DNA of 53,101 nt from an uncultured Campylobacter sp. (GCA_964637895.1 CAZWYE010000001.1:1-53101); one strand, 5' to 3'. Shown: positions 9,376-19,341, counted from the stretch's first letter. The notes: generated by a model not told the origin, from the sequence alone. Numbers and translations: made by a program.

Positions 9376-10628
9376 TGTTAAAACAAAAACTAGCCCCAAA
9401 AAACAAAATTTCGCAAACTCTGCGAAGCTGGCTGCCTATTTTACAAGCAAATATCGAAGACCTTAAAGAAAACTTAGATTCTTTTGCAAAAGAAAATCCT
9501 TTCATAGACATTAAAGAAAGCGTTAAAACTCAAGAAAAAGGCAAGAATTATTACGATTCTTTTTATAAAAATACTTCAAATTCTGATCTTATCGAGGCAA
9601 AAAGCATTAGCAAAAAAAGCGTTTATGAGCTTTTGAGCGAACAAATCATTCCGCCTCTTTTTCCTACAAATAAAAGTCAAGAAATCGCAAATAAAATCAT
9701 AGAATGCCTAAACAACGAAGGATATTTCGAGTATGACGCAAATATTTTTGCAAATTTTAGCGAAGAAGAGGTGGAAAAAGTGCGTCAAAGGTTTAAATTC
9801 TTAGACCCCGTTGGCGTTGGAGCGAAAGATTATAAAGAGGCTTTTTTGTTTGCCTTGGAGAATTTAGAACTTGATGGTGAGCTTTATGAGTTTTGCAAAA
9901 TGCTCATTTTGGACTTTGAAAACATACAAGCTTACACTAAGGACAAGCTTTATAAGGATGCAACTTTGGTGCTAAAGAAATTTCATATACCACCTTTTTT
10001 GGATTATTTTGAGGATAGTGCAGAGCTTGTGCCGGACTTGTTTATTTACCGCGAAAATGGCGAGATTAAGGTGCGTATCAATGATGAATATTATCCTGAA
10101 ATTTCTTTTGAAACCGACGGGCTTAATCACGAATTTTTAAGTCACTATATGAAAGAAGCAAAAAATTTAATAGACGCTTTGGCGATGAGAAAGGCGACTT
10201 TGTATAAAATCGGGCTTATGATAGTTGAGCATCAATATGAGTTTTTCTTAGGAAAAGAGATAAAACCTATGAAGCTTAAAGACTTGGCTGAGGATTTAAA
10301 GCGCAACGCCTCAACTATTTCACGGGCGATTGCAAACAAGTATTTAAGCTGCGAAAGAGGACTTATCGCTTTGAAAGATTTTTTTGCCTTTGCACTCGAT
10401 GAAGATGGCGAAACTTCCAATGCTAGCGTAAAAGAATTCATACAAAATTTAATCAAAAATGAAAACACAAACAAACCTTTAAGCGATAGCAAAATTTTAG
10501 AACTCATAGGAGCGGAATTTAAGGTAAATCTTGGACGCCGCACCATAGCAAAATACCGCCAACAGCTTAAAATCGCAAGTTCAAGCGAAAGGAAAAAAAT
10601 CTATGAACTTAAAGGAAGATCCCAATAA
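9375..10628 (+). CDS. rpoN: RNA polymerase sigma-54 factor
   Basis: STISRAIANKYL helix-turn-helix, KPLSD and the RpoN box variant GRRTIAKYRQQL. Confidence 0.95.
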   Translation: MLKQKLAPKNKISQTLRSWLPILQANIEDLKENLDSFAKENPFIDIKESVKTQEKGKNYYDSFYKNTSNSDLIEAKSISKKSVYELLSEQIIPPLFPTNKSQEIANKIIECLNNEGYFEYDANIFANFSEEEVEKVRQRFKFLDPVGVGAKDYKEAFLFALENLELDGELYEFCKMLILDFENIQAYTKDKLYKDATLVLKKFHIPPFLDYFEDSAELVPDLFIYRENGEIKVRINDEYYPEISFETDGLNHEFLSHYMKEAKNLIDALAMRKATLYKIGLMIVEHQYEFFLGKEIKPMKLKDLAEDLKRNASTISRAIANKYLSCERGLIALKDFFAFALDEDGETSNASVKEFIQNLIKNENTNKPLSDSKILELIGAEFKVNLGRRTIAKYRQQLKIASSSERKKIYELKGRSQ

Positions 10629-10788
10629 GTTTTTTGATTTTAATATTTTCTAGAACTTTTTTAAAATGTATTTAATAATCCTACATTTATATCCTAAAAA
10701 CATCGAAAATATGTTTAGATAATTTTTGCAAAAATATTAAAACATTAAAATAAATTCTTAACCAGCTCATAACTAGTGGCATATTTTT

Positions 10789-11070
10789 TTATTCTTTTGG
10801 TGTTTTGTTTGCCATTTGATAAATGAAAGCAAAAACTTCAGCCACCGCTTTATACATATTTGGTGGAATTTCATCGCCTAAATCAAGTTTGCTTAAAATC
10901 TCCACCAAATCCTCATCCTCCTTTATAGGCACTCCGTGTTCTTTAGCCAAGCTTATGATTTTTGCAGCACTCTCACCTTTGCCACTAGCTAAGACCTTTG
11001 GAGCGATTTGCGTTTCTTGATTGTAGCCTAGTGCGACGGCTTTTTTAATGGATCTTTTAATCTTACTCAT
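10789..11070 (-). CDS. FlhB C-terminal domain-like protein (FlhX-like)
   Basis: KAVALGY, APKVLASGKG, AKEHGVPI and EIPPNMYKAVAEV match the cytoplasmic tail of FlhB. Confidence 0.85.
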   Translation of the reverse strand: MSKIKRSIKKAVALGYNQETQIAPKVLASGKGESAAKIISLAKEHGVPIKEDEDLVEILSKLDLGDEIPPNMYKAVAEVFAFIYQMANKTPKE

Positions 11071-13220
11071 ACTTTTTTATCCATGCCCATTTCAAGGTCG
11101 TAGTTTTTGATATGCCTGAAATCAAACTTAGAGCGTATAATGTCACCTACGAAAAAATTCGCACTCAAAAGCCCGGCTTTGTTAATATTTCTTTTAAGTT
11201 GGTGGGCGTTTTCGTAAATGGTGCGTCTGAAATTTTGATTCTCTGCCATAATGTTAATGTCTATATATTTTTCATTATTCAAAGAAACGAGTATCTCTAA
11301 AGTGCCAAGCCTAACGAATTCAAGCTTGATTTGAGCAAAAAATTTATCCTTTTTCCCCCGCCTAAACATAACCTTAGAATCGTTTAAATCGTCCCAAAAA
11401 AAGGGCAAATAAGTATTAATCGAATCGTTTGCTAAAGACATAAGCTGATTAACCTCAATCTGTGCTAAAAGGCGGTTTGCCTGATTATACACGGCTTCGT
11501 TGCCCTCGTTTTTAGCCAAATTTGAAACCTGAAGAAGAGTAGATTTGACATCGTGGCGAATCTCACTTGCTATATCTTGCTCGGTTTTAAGCTTGATATT
11601 TTGTAAATCTTTAGCGGATAAATTAAGCTTGTTTTCTAAATTTTTAAGCTCGTTAAGATTGGTTTTAGCGTTTTGAGATTTTGGATCAAGCTGTTTTAAA
11701 GCCTCGTTAATTTTCCTTGATAAGCCAGCTAAATCTTTGCTTAAATTTTCAAGCTCGTCTAAATTTCCATTTTCCGTGCTAAAGGCTAAATTTTTCACGC
11801 TTTGCTTTATGAATTCCTTAAAAGAATTAGAATTTTGCTGGGCTGAAGTGTTTTCAAAAGGCTTTGTAAAATCCGCGTTTTTTGAGTCCATTTTGTTTAA
11901 ATCCACATTTCTTTCGCTCGTTTTATTTAAATTTTCATTTGTTTTTAAGTTTTCTTTGTTCTCGTTTTTTAAGCCCTCTTTACCCTGCGCGTTTTTATTT
12001 TCCCCTGTTTTATTTAAATTTTTATTTGTTTTTAAGCTTTCTTTATTTTCGCTTTTAAAATCTTTTAAATTTTCATTTTTTTCTGTGTTTTTTTCCGCGT
12101 TTTTCGTGTTTTCATTAATATTTTTTTCGTTCGTTTTAATATTTTCTTTGTTTTCAAACTCAGCATTTTTATCTAAATTCGCTTCTGCTTTTTTTTCAAA
12201 ATTTTTATTTAAATGCTCGTTTTTTTCGGTGCTTTTGCTTGTAATTTCGTTAGGATTTTTAAAATTTTTTAAATCCTTTTGTTCTAAGCTTTGTGCTTTA
12301 TTTTGCTTTGGGTCTAAAATTTGCTTTAAGGTGTTTTCAAGCTTTTCAAAGCTTTGAGCGGCTTGTTTGAGTATGTTTGGGTCTTTAAGTATTAAATTTT
12401 CTGGCTTTGCAAGGGTTTTGAAAAAATTATCTTTTAAAAGATTTATCTCTTTGCTTATTTTTTCTGCAATTTGTAGGATTTTATTTTGAGCGGTGTTTGG
12501 ATTTTTGTTGATATAATTTTTAAAATTTTCAAGCTTAGAGCTAAGTTCTAAAAGGGCTTTAAAATCGCTATTTTTTAGGAATTCTTTGTTAAAAGTGCGG
12601 TTGTTGTCGATGATATGTTTAAGCTCTTTTAAAGTTTGCTCTGGGCTTAAATTTAGGCTTGCGAGCTGGGTGATTTGGCGCGAAATATTCTCACTGCTTA
12701 GCGATTTTATCGTGTTTAAAAGCTTGTGAAAGCTCTTTGGTAGAAGTTCCTCATTTAAGGCGTATTTAAGTTTAGCCTCGAAAAACACGCCCGAGTTTTT
12801 AAGTAAAGGAGCAAAATTATTTGCTTTAAGTTCGCTTACAGGCTTTAAAATTTGCTCAAGTCTGGCTAAAACTTCGCTGAAAATATCGCTTTTTCCAAGC
12901 TCCGTGCTCAAAGTTTTAAGCTCGTTTGCAAAATTAGGAGCGAAATTAAGGTTGTTTGCTTGTTTTAAAACCGGAGACTCGGGATTTTTGTGAGCGTTGA
13001 TTTGAACAAGAAGCTTATTTACAAGCTCTTTGAGCTTCTGGCCAACCTCATTTTGCGTAAATCTTTGCAAAAGCTCTTCAGTACTTACTTCCTTGTTTAA
13101 CAAATTCTCCTTTAAGGCTCCTGCTAAACTTTGTTTGGAGCTCAGTTTTTCCTTGCTTTGTGTTTTTAAATCGCTCTTTGGATCTGTTTTTGCAAGATTT
13201 GCTACTATGTTTTCAATCAT
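11067..13220 (-). CDS. Large coiled-coil protein with FliK-like C-terminal domain
   Basis: NSGVFFEAKL motif and C-terminal YLPFFW...IKLEFVRLGTLEI (FliK_C-like), coupled to the FlhX-like gene. Internal N/K/E-rich repeats. Confidence 0.65.
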   Translation of the reverse strand: MIENIVANLAKTDPKSDLKTQSKEKLSSKQSLAGALKENLLNKEVSTEELLQRFTQNEVGQKLKELVNKLLVQINAHKNPESPVLKQANNLNFAPNFANELKTLSTELGKSDIFSEVLARLEQILKPVSELKANNFAPLLKNSGVFFEAKLKYALNEELLPKSFHKLLNTIKSLSSENISRQITQLASLNLSPEQTLKELKHIIDNNRTFNKEFLKNSDFKALLELSSKLENFKNYINKNPNTAQNKILQIAEKISKEINLLKDNFFKTLAKPENLILKDPNILKQAAQSFEKLENTLKQILDPKQNKAQSLEQKDLKNFKNPNEITSKSTEKNEHLNKNFEKKAEANLDKNAEFENKENIKTNEKNINENTKNAEKNTEKNENLKDFKSENKESLKTNKNLNKTGENKNAQGKEGLKNENKENLKTNENLNKTSERNVDLNKMDSKNADFTKPFENTSAQQNSNSFKEFIKQSVKNLAFSTENGNLDELENLSKDLAGLSRKINEALKQLDPKSQNAKTNLNELKNLENKLNLSAKDLQNIKLKTEQDIASEIRHDVKSTLLQVSNLAKNEGNEAVYNQANRLLAQIEVNQLMSLANDSINTYLPFFWDDLNDSKVMFRRGKKDKFFAQIKLEFVRLGTLEILVSLNNEKYIDINIMAENQNFRRTIYENAHQLKRNINKAGLLSANFFVGDIIRSKFDFRHIKNYDLEMGMDKKV
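11920..12051. repeat. Imperfect intragenic direct repeat, 45-bp core with 87-bp period
   Basis: 11920-11964 gttttatttaaattttcatttgtttttaagttttctttgttctcg versus 12007-12051 gttttatttaaatttttatttgtttttaagctttctttattttcg. It encodes ENKE[SN]LKTN[KE]NLNKT. Confidence 0.75.
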
Positions 13221-14397
13221 TTATAATTGCCATTCCTAGATTTTTTTTAAAGCTTTTATTTAAAATATTAGGTTTATTTATAGCAAAAAGAATTAAAAAT
13301 GCTAAATTGATAAGATAAAAACTTATAAAACCCAAAAAACCAAAAAAATGCATTAAAAGTCCTAAAAATAAAGGAGAAATTAAGGAACTTAAAGAATAGC
13401 AAAAAAGTACGGCACGACCAAGTTCTACAGTCTTACTTTTATCATTTAAAACATCATTTGCTCTAGCTAAAGCTAGAGAATAAAGACAAAATATCCCACT
13501 TCCTATAAAAAAAGATAAAAGATACTGAAAATAAACATTAGGATTAAAAACTACAAAGGCAAGTAGAGCTATAAAAGCTACACTTGAACAAAGTATAATA
13601 GCAAATTTGCGCCCAAGTTTGTCCGAAATGCTGCCTATAAGCGTTTGTGCTAAGAATCCTCCTAGCATAGCAAAAAATACAAAATACGAAGCGGTTTTCA
13701 CACTAAATCCTTGCAAAAGCATAAATAAGGGTGCCATAGAGAAAAATCCACTCATTAAAGCTCCAGCAATAAAACTTGTTGCCAAAGCTAAGGGAGCTAG
13801 TTCAAAGACTTTGGGAAAAGAAAATTTAGTTTGTTTTGGTGCTGTAGGTTCTTTGATTTTAATGAGATTTAAAGGAATGCAAGACAGTAACACTAAAACC
13901 GCACTGATTATAAATATACTTGTTTTATTTAGATTGAGAGAAACGATTAAAATTCCTAGTGCGAAAGAAAAATAAAAAATTATTTCATAAAAACTAAGCA
14001 CTCTAGATCTTATGGAATTTTTAGCCTTTTCATTAAGCCAAGATTCTATAATCACAAGCAAACTATAATAGCAAATTCCAATTAAAAATCTTAAAAGTAT
14101 CCAAAAAAAGAGATTTTGACTTAAAATATGCAGAAGTATAGAACTTCCAAACAATGCGGTAAAAAAAGCAAAAGAGCGTATGTAGCCTATTTTATTGATA
14201 ATTTTTTGAGCAAAAAGAGTTCCAAACATAGCACCTATAAAAAAACAAGAATTAATCAGTCCTATGATAAAAGAATCTAAATTCCTCTCTTTTAAAATCA
14301 CAGAAATAGAACTTACGAGTAAGCCATTTCCTATAAACATAAAAGAAGCACTGGCAAAAAGTGCGGACATTGATTTTATGATTTTTTTAGGACTCAT
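13213..14397 (-). CDS. MFS transporter (YcaD-like)
   Basis: About 12 hydrophobic segments, with IESWLNE, RSRVLSFY and GSISDKLGRK MFS loop motifs. Confidence 0.88.
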   Translation of the reverse strand: MSPKKIIKSMSALFASASFMFIGNGLLVSSISVILKERNLDSFIIGLINSCFFIGAMFGTLFAQKIINKIGYIRSFAFFTALFGSSILLHILSQNLFFWILLRFLIGICYYSLLVIIESWLNEKAKNSIRSRVLSFYEIIFYFSFALGILIVSLNLNKTSIFIISAVLVLLSCIPLNLIKIKEPTAPKQTKFSFPKVFELAPLALATSFIAGALMSGFFSMAPLFMLLQGFSVKTASYFVFFAMLGGFLAQTLIGSISDKLGRKFAIILCSSVAFIALLAFVVFNPNVYFQYLLSFFIGSGIFCLYSLALARANDVLNDKSKTVELGRAVLFCYSLSSLISPLFLGLLMHFFGFLGFISFYLINLAFLILFAINKPNILNKSFKKNLGMAIIND

Positions 14398-14872
14398 ATT
14401 TTAAACTTAAAACAAAAAACAACACGCAAACAAAAAAAGCTGAAATTCCGCTTAAATATCCTAAAATCGAAAGCAAATTTCCGCTTTTAAGAAACAAAAA
14501 TCCAGCGACCAAAATCCCATAAGACAAAATTTTCACCAGAGGAAAAAAGAGGGCGAAATTTTGCATTTTTTCCTTAAAATTTGGTTTTAAATCGTCTTTA
14601 AGCGTTCTAAAATTTAGAATTTTTGCATTTTTTTGCATTTTTTTTACAAAAATAAATAAAGGCTTATTTTTAAAAGTGTGAGTTTTAGCCCTTGATAAGA
14701 TATTTTTTTTGTAATTTAAAAAAGAGCTTAAAACCACGAGCAAAGTGCTAAAAAAAGCAAATTCAAAACTTAAAAAAAGCCTTAAATTTAAAATTCTAAA
14801 CGCCCAAAATGCACCGCAAAAACAAAGCTGACAAAGGCAGATTGAGGTTATAAAAAATTTTAGCTCTCTCAC
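14387..14872 (-). CDS. Integral membrane protein (possibly ATP synthase I-like)
   Basis: About 4 hydrophobic segments, overlapping both neighbours and following an AtpZ/AtpI-family gene. Confidence 0.6.
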   Translation of the reverse strand: MRELKFFITSICLCQLCFCGAFWAFRILNLRLFLSFEFAFFSTLLVVLSSFLNYKKNILSRAKTHTFKNKPLFIFVKKMQKNAKILNFRTLKDDLKPNFKEKMQNFALFFPLVKILSYGILVAGFLFLKSGNLLSILGYLSGISAFFVCVLFFVLSLKYES

Positions 14873-15147
14873 TCTTTTTTTTGCACTTCTTTGATAAGTG
14901 CGTCTCTTTCTTCGAATTCTTTATAGCTTTTAACTTGAGCTTTGTAGGCTTTATAGACATTTAAAACCGCTGCGGCTACGCCCCAAAAAACGCCCACCCA
15001 AAAGAGCCAAGCAAAGGGGGTAAATTTTTTTAGCAAAAGTCCAAGCCCGACGCCGATTAAAACAGCTACAACAATGGAAATTCCAAGACTTAAGCCATCA
15101 GCGGCTTCTATGCCTTTGCGAATTATCTTGCGTCTTTTTGCACTCAT
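14869..15147 (-). CDS. AtpZ/AtpI family membrane protein
   Basis: [18 protein letters not shown]...[15 protein letters not shown] two-TM pattern. Confidence 0.78.
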   Translation of the reverse strand: MSAKRRKIIRKGIEAADGLSLGISIVVAVLIGVGLGLLLKKFTPFAWLFWVGVFWGVAAAVLNVYKAYKAQVKSYKEFEERDALIKEVQKKE

Positions 15148-16418
15148 AAGCTTTTAAAACTCTCTCTTGCAGCCTCTAAGGTCAAAGCAAGGCTTTCTTT
15201 GTTCATTTTAGAGCAAATAAAGCAGGTTTCAAACTGCGAAGGAGCGAGATAAATGCCGTTTTCTAGCATTTTTGCGTGAAATTTAGCAAAAAGTTTAGAG
15301 TCTGCTTTTAATGCGTCTTGATAGTTTTTCACCTTTTTTTCTGCAAAGAAAAAGCCAAACATAGAGCCTATGTGCCTAGTTTTTAGCGAAATTCCTTTTT
15401 CTTTTGCAAGTTCTTTTAAGCCTTTGCCTAGTTTTTTGCCAAATTTTCCAAGCCTTAGATAAAGCTCAGGCTCACTTTTTGCCTTTGTGATACTTGCGAT
15501 TCCAGCTGCCATTGCAAGAGGATTTCCGCTTAGCGTTCCTGCTTGATACACGCCTCCGTTTGGGCTTAAAAGATTCATGATTTCAGCCCTTGCAGCAAAA
15601 GCAGCCGCGTTTAAACCAGCGCCTATTACCTTGCCAAAAGTTACTATATCGGCTTTAATCTCGTTAAATTCGAAAGAACCACGAAGAGAGGCTCTAAAAC
15701 CGCTCATTACTTCATCGAAAATCAAAAGTGTGCCGTTTTCCTTGCAAAGTGCGGCAAGTTCTTGTAAGAATTTATTTTTTGCAGGGACTAAGCCCATATT
15801 TCCAGCAATAGGCTCTATAATCACGCAAGCAATGTCGCTATGTGCTTGAAATAAAGCCTTAACGCTTTCTATATCGTTATAAGTTGCAACCAAAGTTTGT
15901 TTTGCTGTTTCGCTTAAAACACCTAAAGAACTTGGTATATTAAAGGTTGTAGCACCGCTTCCTGCACTTACAAGCAAAGAATCAGAATGTCCGTGATAAC
16001 AACCCTCGAATTTTAAAATTTTACCCCTTTTCGTAAAAGCCCTTGCAAGACGAATAGCACTCATAGTAGCTTCTGTGCCACTATTTACAAAGCGGATTCT
16101 TTCAAGATGAGGGAAAAGCTCTAAAATAAGCCTTGCAAGTTCGCTTTCAAGCAAGGTAGGCGCACCAAAGCTAGTGCCGTTTTTTAGGGCTTTTTTAATG
16201 GCTTTTTCTATGTCCTTATCGCAGTGTCCAAATAGCAAAGGTCCCCAACTTTGCACATAATCAATATAAGTTTTTCCCTCAATGTCGGTAATAAAAGCAC
16301 CTTTTCCTTTAGCGATAAAAAGCGGATTACCTCCTACGTTTTTAAAGGCTCTAACGGGCGAATTCACGCCTCCGGCTATAAGTTTGCACGCCTCGTTAAA
16401 GGCTTCTAAATTTGTCAT
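15144..16418 (-). CDS. hemL: Glutamate-1-semialdehyde 2,1-aminomutase
   Basis: [42 protein letters not shown] and GTLSGNP motifs. Confidence 0.97.
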   Translation of the reverse strand: MTNLEAFNEACKLIAGGVNSPVRAFKNVGGNPLFIAKGKGAFITDIEGKTYIDYVQSWGPLLFGHCDKDIEKAIKKALKNGTSFGAPTLLESELARLILELFPHLERIRFVNSGTEATMSAIRLARAFTKRGKILKFEGCYHGHSDSLLVSAGSGATTFNIPSSLGVLSETAKQTLVATYNDIESVKALFQAHSDIACVIIEPIAGNMGLVPAKNKFLQELAALCKENGTLLIFDEVMSGFRASLRGSFEFNEIKADIVTFGKVIGAGLNAAAFAARAEIMNLLSPNGGVYQAGTLSGNPLAMAAGIASITKAKSEPELYLRLGKFGKKLGKGLKELAKEKGISLKTRHIGSMFGFFFAEKKVKNYQDALKADSKLFAKFHAKMLENGIYLAPSQFETCFICSKMNKESLALTLEAARESFKSL

Positions 16419-16774
16419 TTTTTCTCCTTTTCTTGTTGTATATAATTATACAAAGCTACAATTTCATCATCGGTTAAAGAATAATTTGGCATTATAGACT
16501 TTGAATCTTTAAATTCGGTAAGTGAGTTTTTAAATTCCTCAAAGCTTAAATTTTGAATACTAGGAACGAGAAAGGCTTTTTTTTCTCCTTTTACAATAAA
16601 ATGTCCTAAAATTTGCTCTGCACCGCTTTCTCCGTGGCAATTTTTACAACTTATGCCTCTAGGGTTTTCATAAAGCATTTTTGCGTATTCTTTAGGAGTG
16701 ATAAAATCAGCAGCAAAAATTTTATAAAAACCTAAGGAAAAAAGCCCTAAAAAAAAAGCAAAGATAAATTTCAA
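16415..16774 (-). CDS. Monohaem c-type cytochrome
   Basis: Signal peptide, CKNCH haem-binding motif and a distal Met in SIMPNY. Confidence 0.8.
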   Translation of the reverse strand: MKFIFAFFLGLFSLGFYKIFAADFITPKEYAKMLYENPRGISCKNCHGESGAEQILGHFIVKGEKKAFLVPSIQNLSFEEFKNSLTEFKDSKSIMPNYSLTDDEIVALYNYIQQEKEKK

Positions 16775-16852
16775 TATACAGCCTTGTTAATGTAGTTTTA
16801 GTATGATACAATTTTTACTTTAAAAAAGTAATAAATTTACAAAAGGAAAAGA

Positions 16853-17710
16853 ATGATTTTGCTAGACGGCAAGGCTTTAAGCTTGAAAATTAAAGAAGAA
16901 TTGAAGCAAAAAAGCAAGGAGCTTCAAAGTAGGGGGGTTGAGCCTTGTTTGGCTGTGATTTTAGTAGGAGAGGATCCGGCGAGTAAAACTTATGTGAAAA
17001 ATAAAGCAAGAGCTTGTGAGTTTTGCGGGATTAAGTCTTTAGTTTATGAACTTAGCGAAAATACAACTCAAAACGAGCTTTTAGCACTCATAACAACGCT
17101 AAATTACGACGATAGCGTCGATGGAATTTTAGTCCAGCTTCCTCTTCCTAAGCATATTAATAAAAATTTGATACTTGAAAGCATTGCAAGTTCTAAAGAT
17201 GTCGATGGTTTTCACCCTATTAATGTTGGGTATTTAAATTTAGGGCAGCAAAGTGGCTTTTTACCCTGCACTCCTTTGGGCGTAATAAGGCTTTTAGAGG
17301 CTTATAATATAAGACTTGAGGGCTTAGATTGCGTTATGATAGGAGCTTCAAATATAGTCGGACGACCTATGGCAAGTCTTTTTTTAAACGCGGGGGCTAG
17401 TGTGAGTATTTGTCATATTAAAACAAGGGATTTAAGCCTTTATACAAAAAGAGCGGATTTAATTGTAAGTGCCACAGGTTGCACGAATTTACTTAAAGCG
17501 GATATGGTAAAAGAGGATGTAATAGTCGTTGATGTTGGGATAAACCGTGTTGGAAATTCCTTAGTTGGCGATGTGGATTTTAAAGAGGTTTCTAAAAAGG
17601 CAAGCTTTATTACGCCGGTTCCGGGCGGAGTTGGACCTATGACTATAGCTATGCTTTTAGAAAACACTATAAAATCAGCTAAAAATAGAGCCTTAGCTCC
17701 GGCTTTTTAG
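16853..17710 (+). CDS. folD: Bifunctional methylenetetrahydrofolate dehydrogenase/cyclohydrolase
   Basis: GILVQLPLP, KDVDGFHP, PCTP and ITPVPGGVGPMT motifs. Confidence 0.97.
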   Translation: MILLDGKALSLKIKEELKQKSKELQSRGVEPCLAVILVGEDPASKTYVKNKARACEFCGIKSLVYELSENTTQNELLALITTLNYDDSVDGILVQLPLPKHINKNLILESIASSKDVDGFHPINVGYLNLGQQSGFLPCTPLGVIRLLEAYNIRLEGLDCVMIGASNIVGRPMASLFLNAGASVSICHIKTRDLSLYTKRADLIVSATGCTNLLKADMVKEDVIVVDVGINRVGNSLVGDVDFKEVSKKASFITPVPGGVGPMTIAMLLENTIKSAKNRALAPAF

Positions 17711-17719
17711 GACTTTGTG

Positions 17720-18568
17720 ATGAATTTACTTAAAAAAGCTTATAAATTTTGGAATTCTTGGACTGGAACTATCATTATAGTTTTATTTGTAATATTTTTC
17801 ATTATGCAGCCCTTTGTCATACCCTCAGGTTCTATGAAAAATACCTTGCTAGTGGGGGATTTTTTGTTTGCTAAAAAATTCGTTTATGGTATTCCTACGC
17901 CTCATCTTCCTTGGCTTGAAATTCCGCTTTTACCGGACTTTGATAAGGACGGACATTTGTTTAAAGGCGAGGGTCCAAAAAGAGGTGATATAGTCGTTTT
18001 TAGAAATCCGCGCGATGATAAAATTCACTTTGTTAAGCGTTGCGTCGGCGTTGGAGGCGATAAAATCGTCTATGCAAACAAAAGCTTATATGTAAGAATG
18101 CACGAGGGCGATGCTTTTATGAGAGAGCATTATAAAAACGATTTGGTCGTTCTTGGCAAAGAGCTTTTTGTGAAAGAGCCTTACAAGCAAAAAGGTATTC
18201 ATTATGATGAAAAAAAAGACTTTGAAGAGGATATTTTAAGACATATGAGTATAGGCGATTTTGCGATGAATCCTGTGTATTTTGAGGAACTTGGTAAGGA
18301 GCTTAGTCTAAGTGGAGGCAATGCTTATGAGTTTGAAGTGCCACAAGATGAGTATTTTATGATGGGTGATAATAGGGATTATTCTTTCGATAGCCGTTTT
18401 TGGGGAAGCGTTGAATATAGGCTCATTGTGGGAAGTCCTTGGTTTGTTTATTTTTCTGCGGATAAAAACTATAATGTGCGTTGGCTTAGAATCGGTCGCT
18501 TAGTCGATACGCTTCAAAACGATGAAAAATTCATCAAAGACGAAAACGACGAGGATAATTTAAGCTGA
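17720..18568 (+). CDS. lepB: Signal peptidase I
   Basis: IPSGSMKNTL (catalytic Ser), FVKR (catalytic Lys) and MMGDNRDYSFDSRFWG. Confidence 0.95.
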   Translation: MNLLKKAYKFWNSWTGTIIIVLFVIFFIMQPFVIPSGSMKNTLLVGDFLFAKKFVYGIPTPHLPWLEIPLLPDFDKDGHLFKGEGPKRGDIVVFRNPRDDKIHFVKRCVGVGGDKIVYANKSLYVRMHEGDAFMREHYKNDLVVLGKELFVKEPYKQKGIHYDEKKDFEEDILRHMSIGDFAMNPVYFEELGKELSLSGGNAYEFEVPQDEYFMMGDNRDYSFDSRFWGSVEYRLIVGSPWFVYFSADKNYNVRWLRIGRLVDTLQNDEKFIKDENDEDNLS

Positions 18569-19044
18569 ATTTTAAATCTATAAAAATTTAAATTTATATT
18601 TTTTTTAAATATATAAAAATTTGTTAAAATTTCGCTTTAAATTGCTAAAAATATTTTAGTTTCAAAAATGTTCGCTAGGAATTTCAAGCAAAATTTAAAA
18701 CAAAATTCAAAACAATTTAAAGCAAATCGTAAGAATAATCGCTAGAAATTTTTAAATGCAAAATAAATTTAAGTCTTAATAATTTTAAAATCACTATAAA
18801 TTTAGGCTTATAATAATTTTAAAACGAACTTAAAATTGCAATGAGTTTAAAGTAAAAAAATAAATTTAAGGTATTTTAAGGTGAATTTAGTCAAATTTAA
18901 GTTTAATTTAAAAAGCAAATTAAAATAATTTAAATAGAATTTATTTTTCAAGTAAAACTGTTTTTTAAAGCCAAATTTAAAGCAAAGTTAATTTCTAAAA
19001 TTTGCCAATTTTTTTAGATAAACTTAAATTTAAGGCTTTTGTCT

Positions 19045-19341
19045 TTATTGCTTAATTTGTTTTACAAGGATTTGTGAGATTTTTTCGAAAAGCTCAGCAA
19101 TTTGTGCGTTAAGCTCTTGGGCTTGTCTTAGAATTTGCATTTTTCCTCATCGCTTTTGGCTTTTTCAAGCTTGGCTGTGGTTTCTTGCAGTTGTTTGCAA
19201 AGATCTTTAAGTCTTTCGTAAAGTTCGCTTAAAAAATCGCTACTTTCGCTTTTACTTGAGGCTTGGGTTTGCGTTTTTTTGGGTGAATTTTTGCAAATTT
19301 TGTGCGTAAGTCGTGTATGCAACATTGTTTATTTCTGTCAT
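19045..19341 (-). pseudogene. FlxA-like family protein interrupted by compensating +1/-1 frameshifts
   Basis: AAGGA RBS and ATG at 19341 (MTEINNVAYTTYAQNLQ). The middle reads in another frame (NSPKKTQTQASSKSESSDFLSELYERLKDLCKQLQETTAKLEKAKSDEEK). The end returns to the start frame (MQILRQAQELNAQIAELFEKISQILVKQIKQ*), with the stop at 19045-19047. Total 297 nt. The family call is by recalled similarity. Confidence 0.65.

Noticed and set aside
11737-12357. 206-aa Phe/Ser/Leu-rich plus-strand ORF
   Set aside because: It is the antisense shadow of the K/E/N-rich linker of the FliK-like gene.
13213-14397. MFS gene looks unusually AT-rich with a GC-richer central patch, suggesting a mosaic or foreign origin
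   Set aside because: Other membrane-protein genes here, such as the MATE gene, have similarly low-GC stretches, and the gene is in its expected operon. It cannot be supported without codon statistics.
18569-19044. Possible CRISPR array or oriC in the long AT-rich spacer
   Set aside because: No fixed-length repeat with unique spacers, no cas genes, no clustered DnaA boxes seen and no dnaA nearby.
19128-19325. 65-aa ORF as a stand-alone gene
   Set aside because: It has no well-spaced RBS and is better explained as the out-of-frame middle of the FlxA-like gene.
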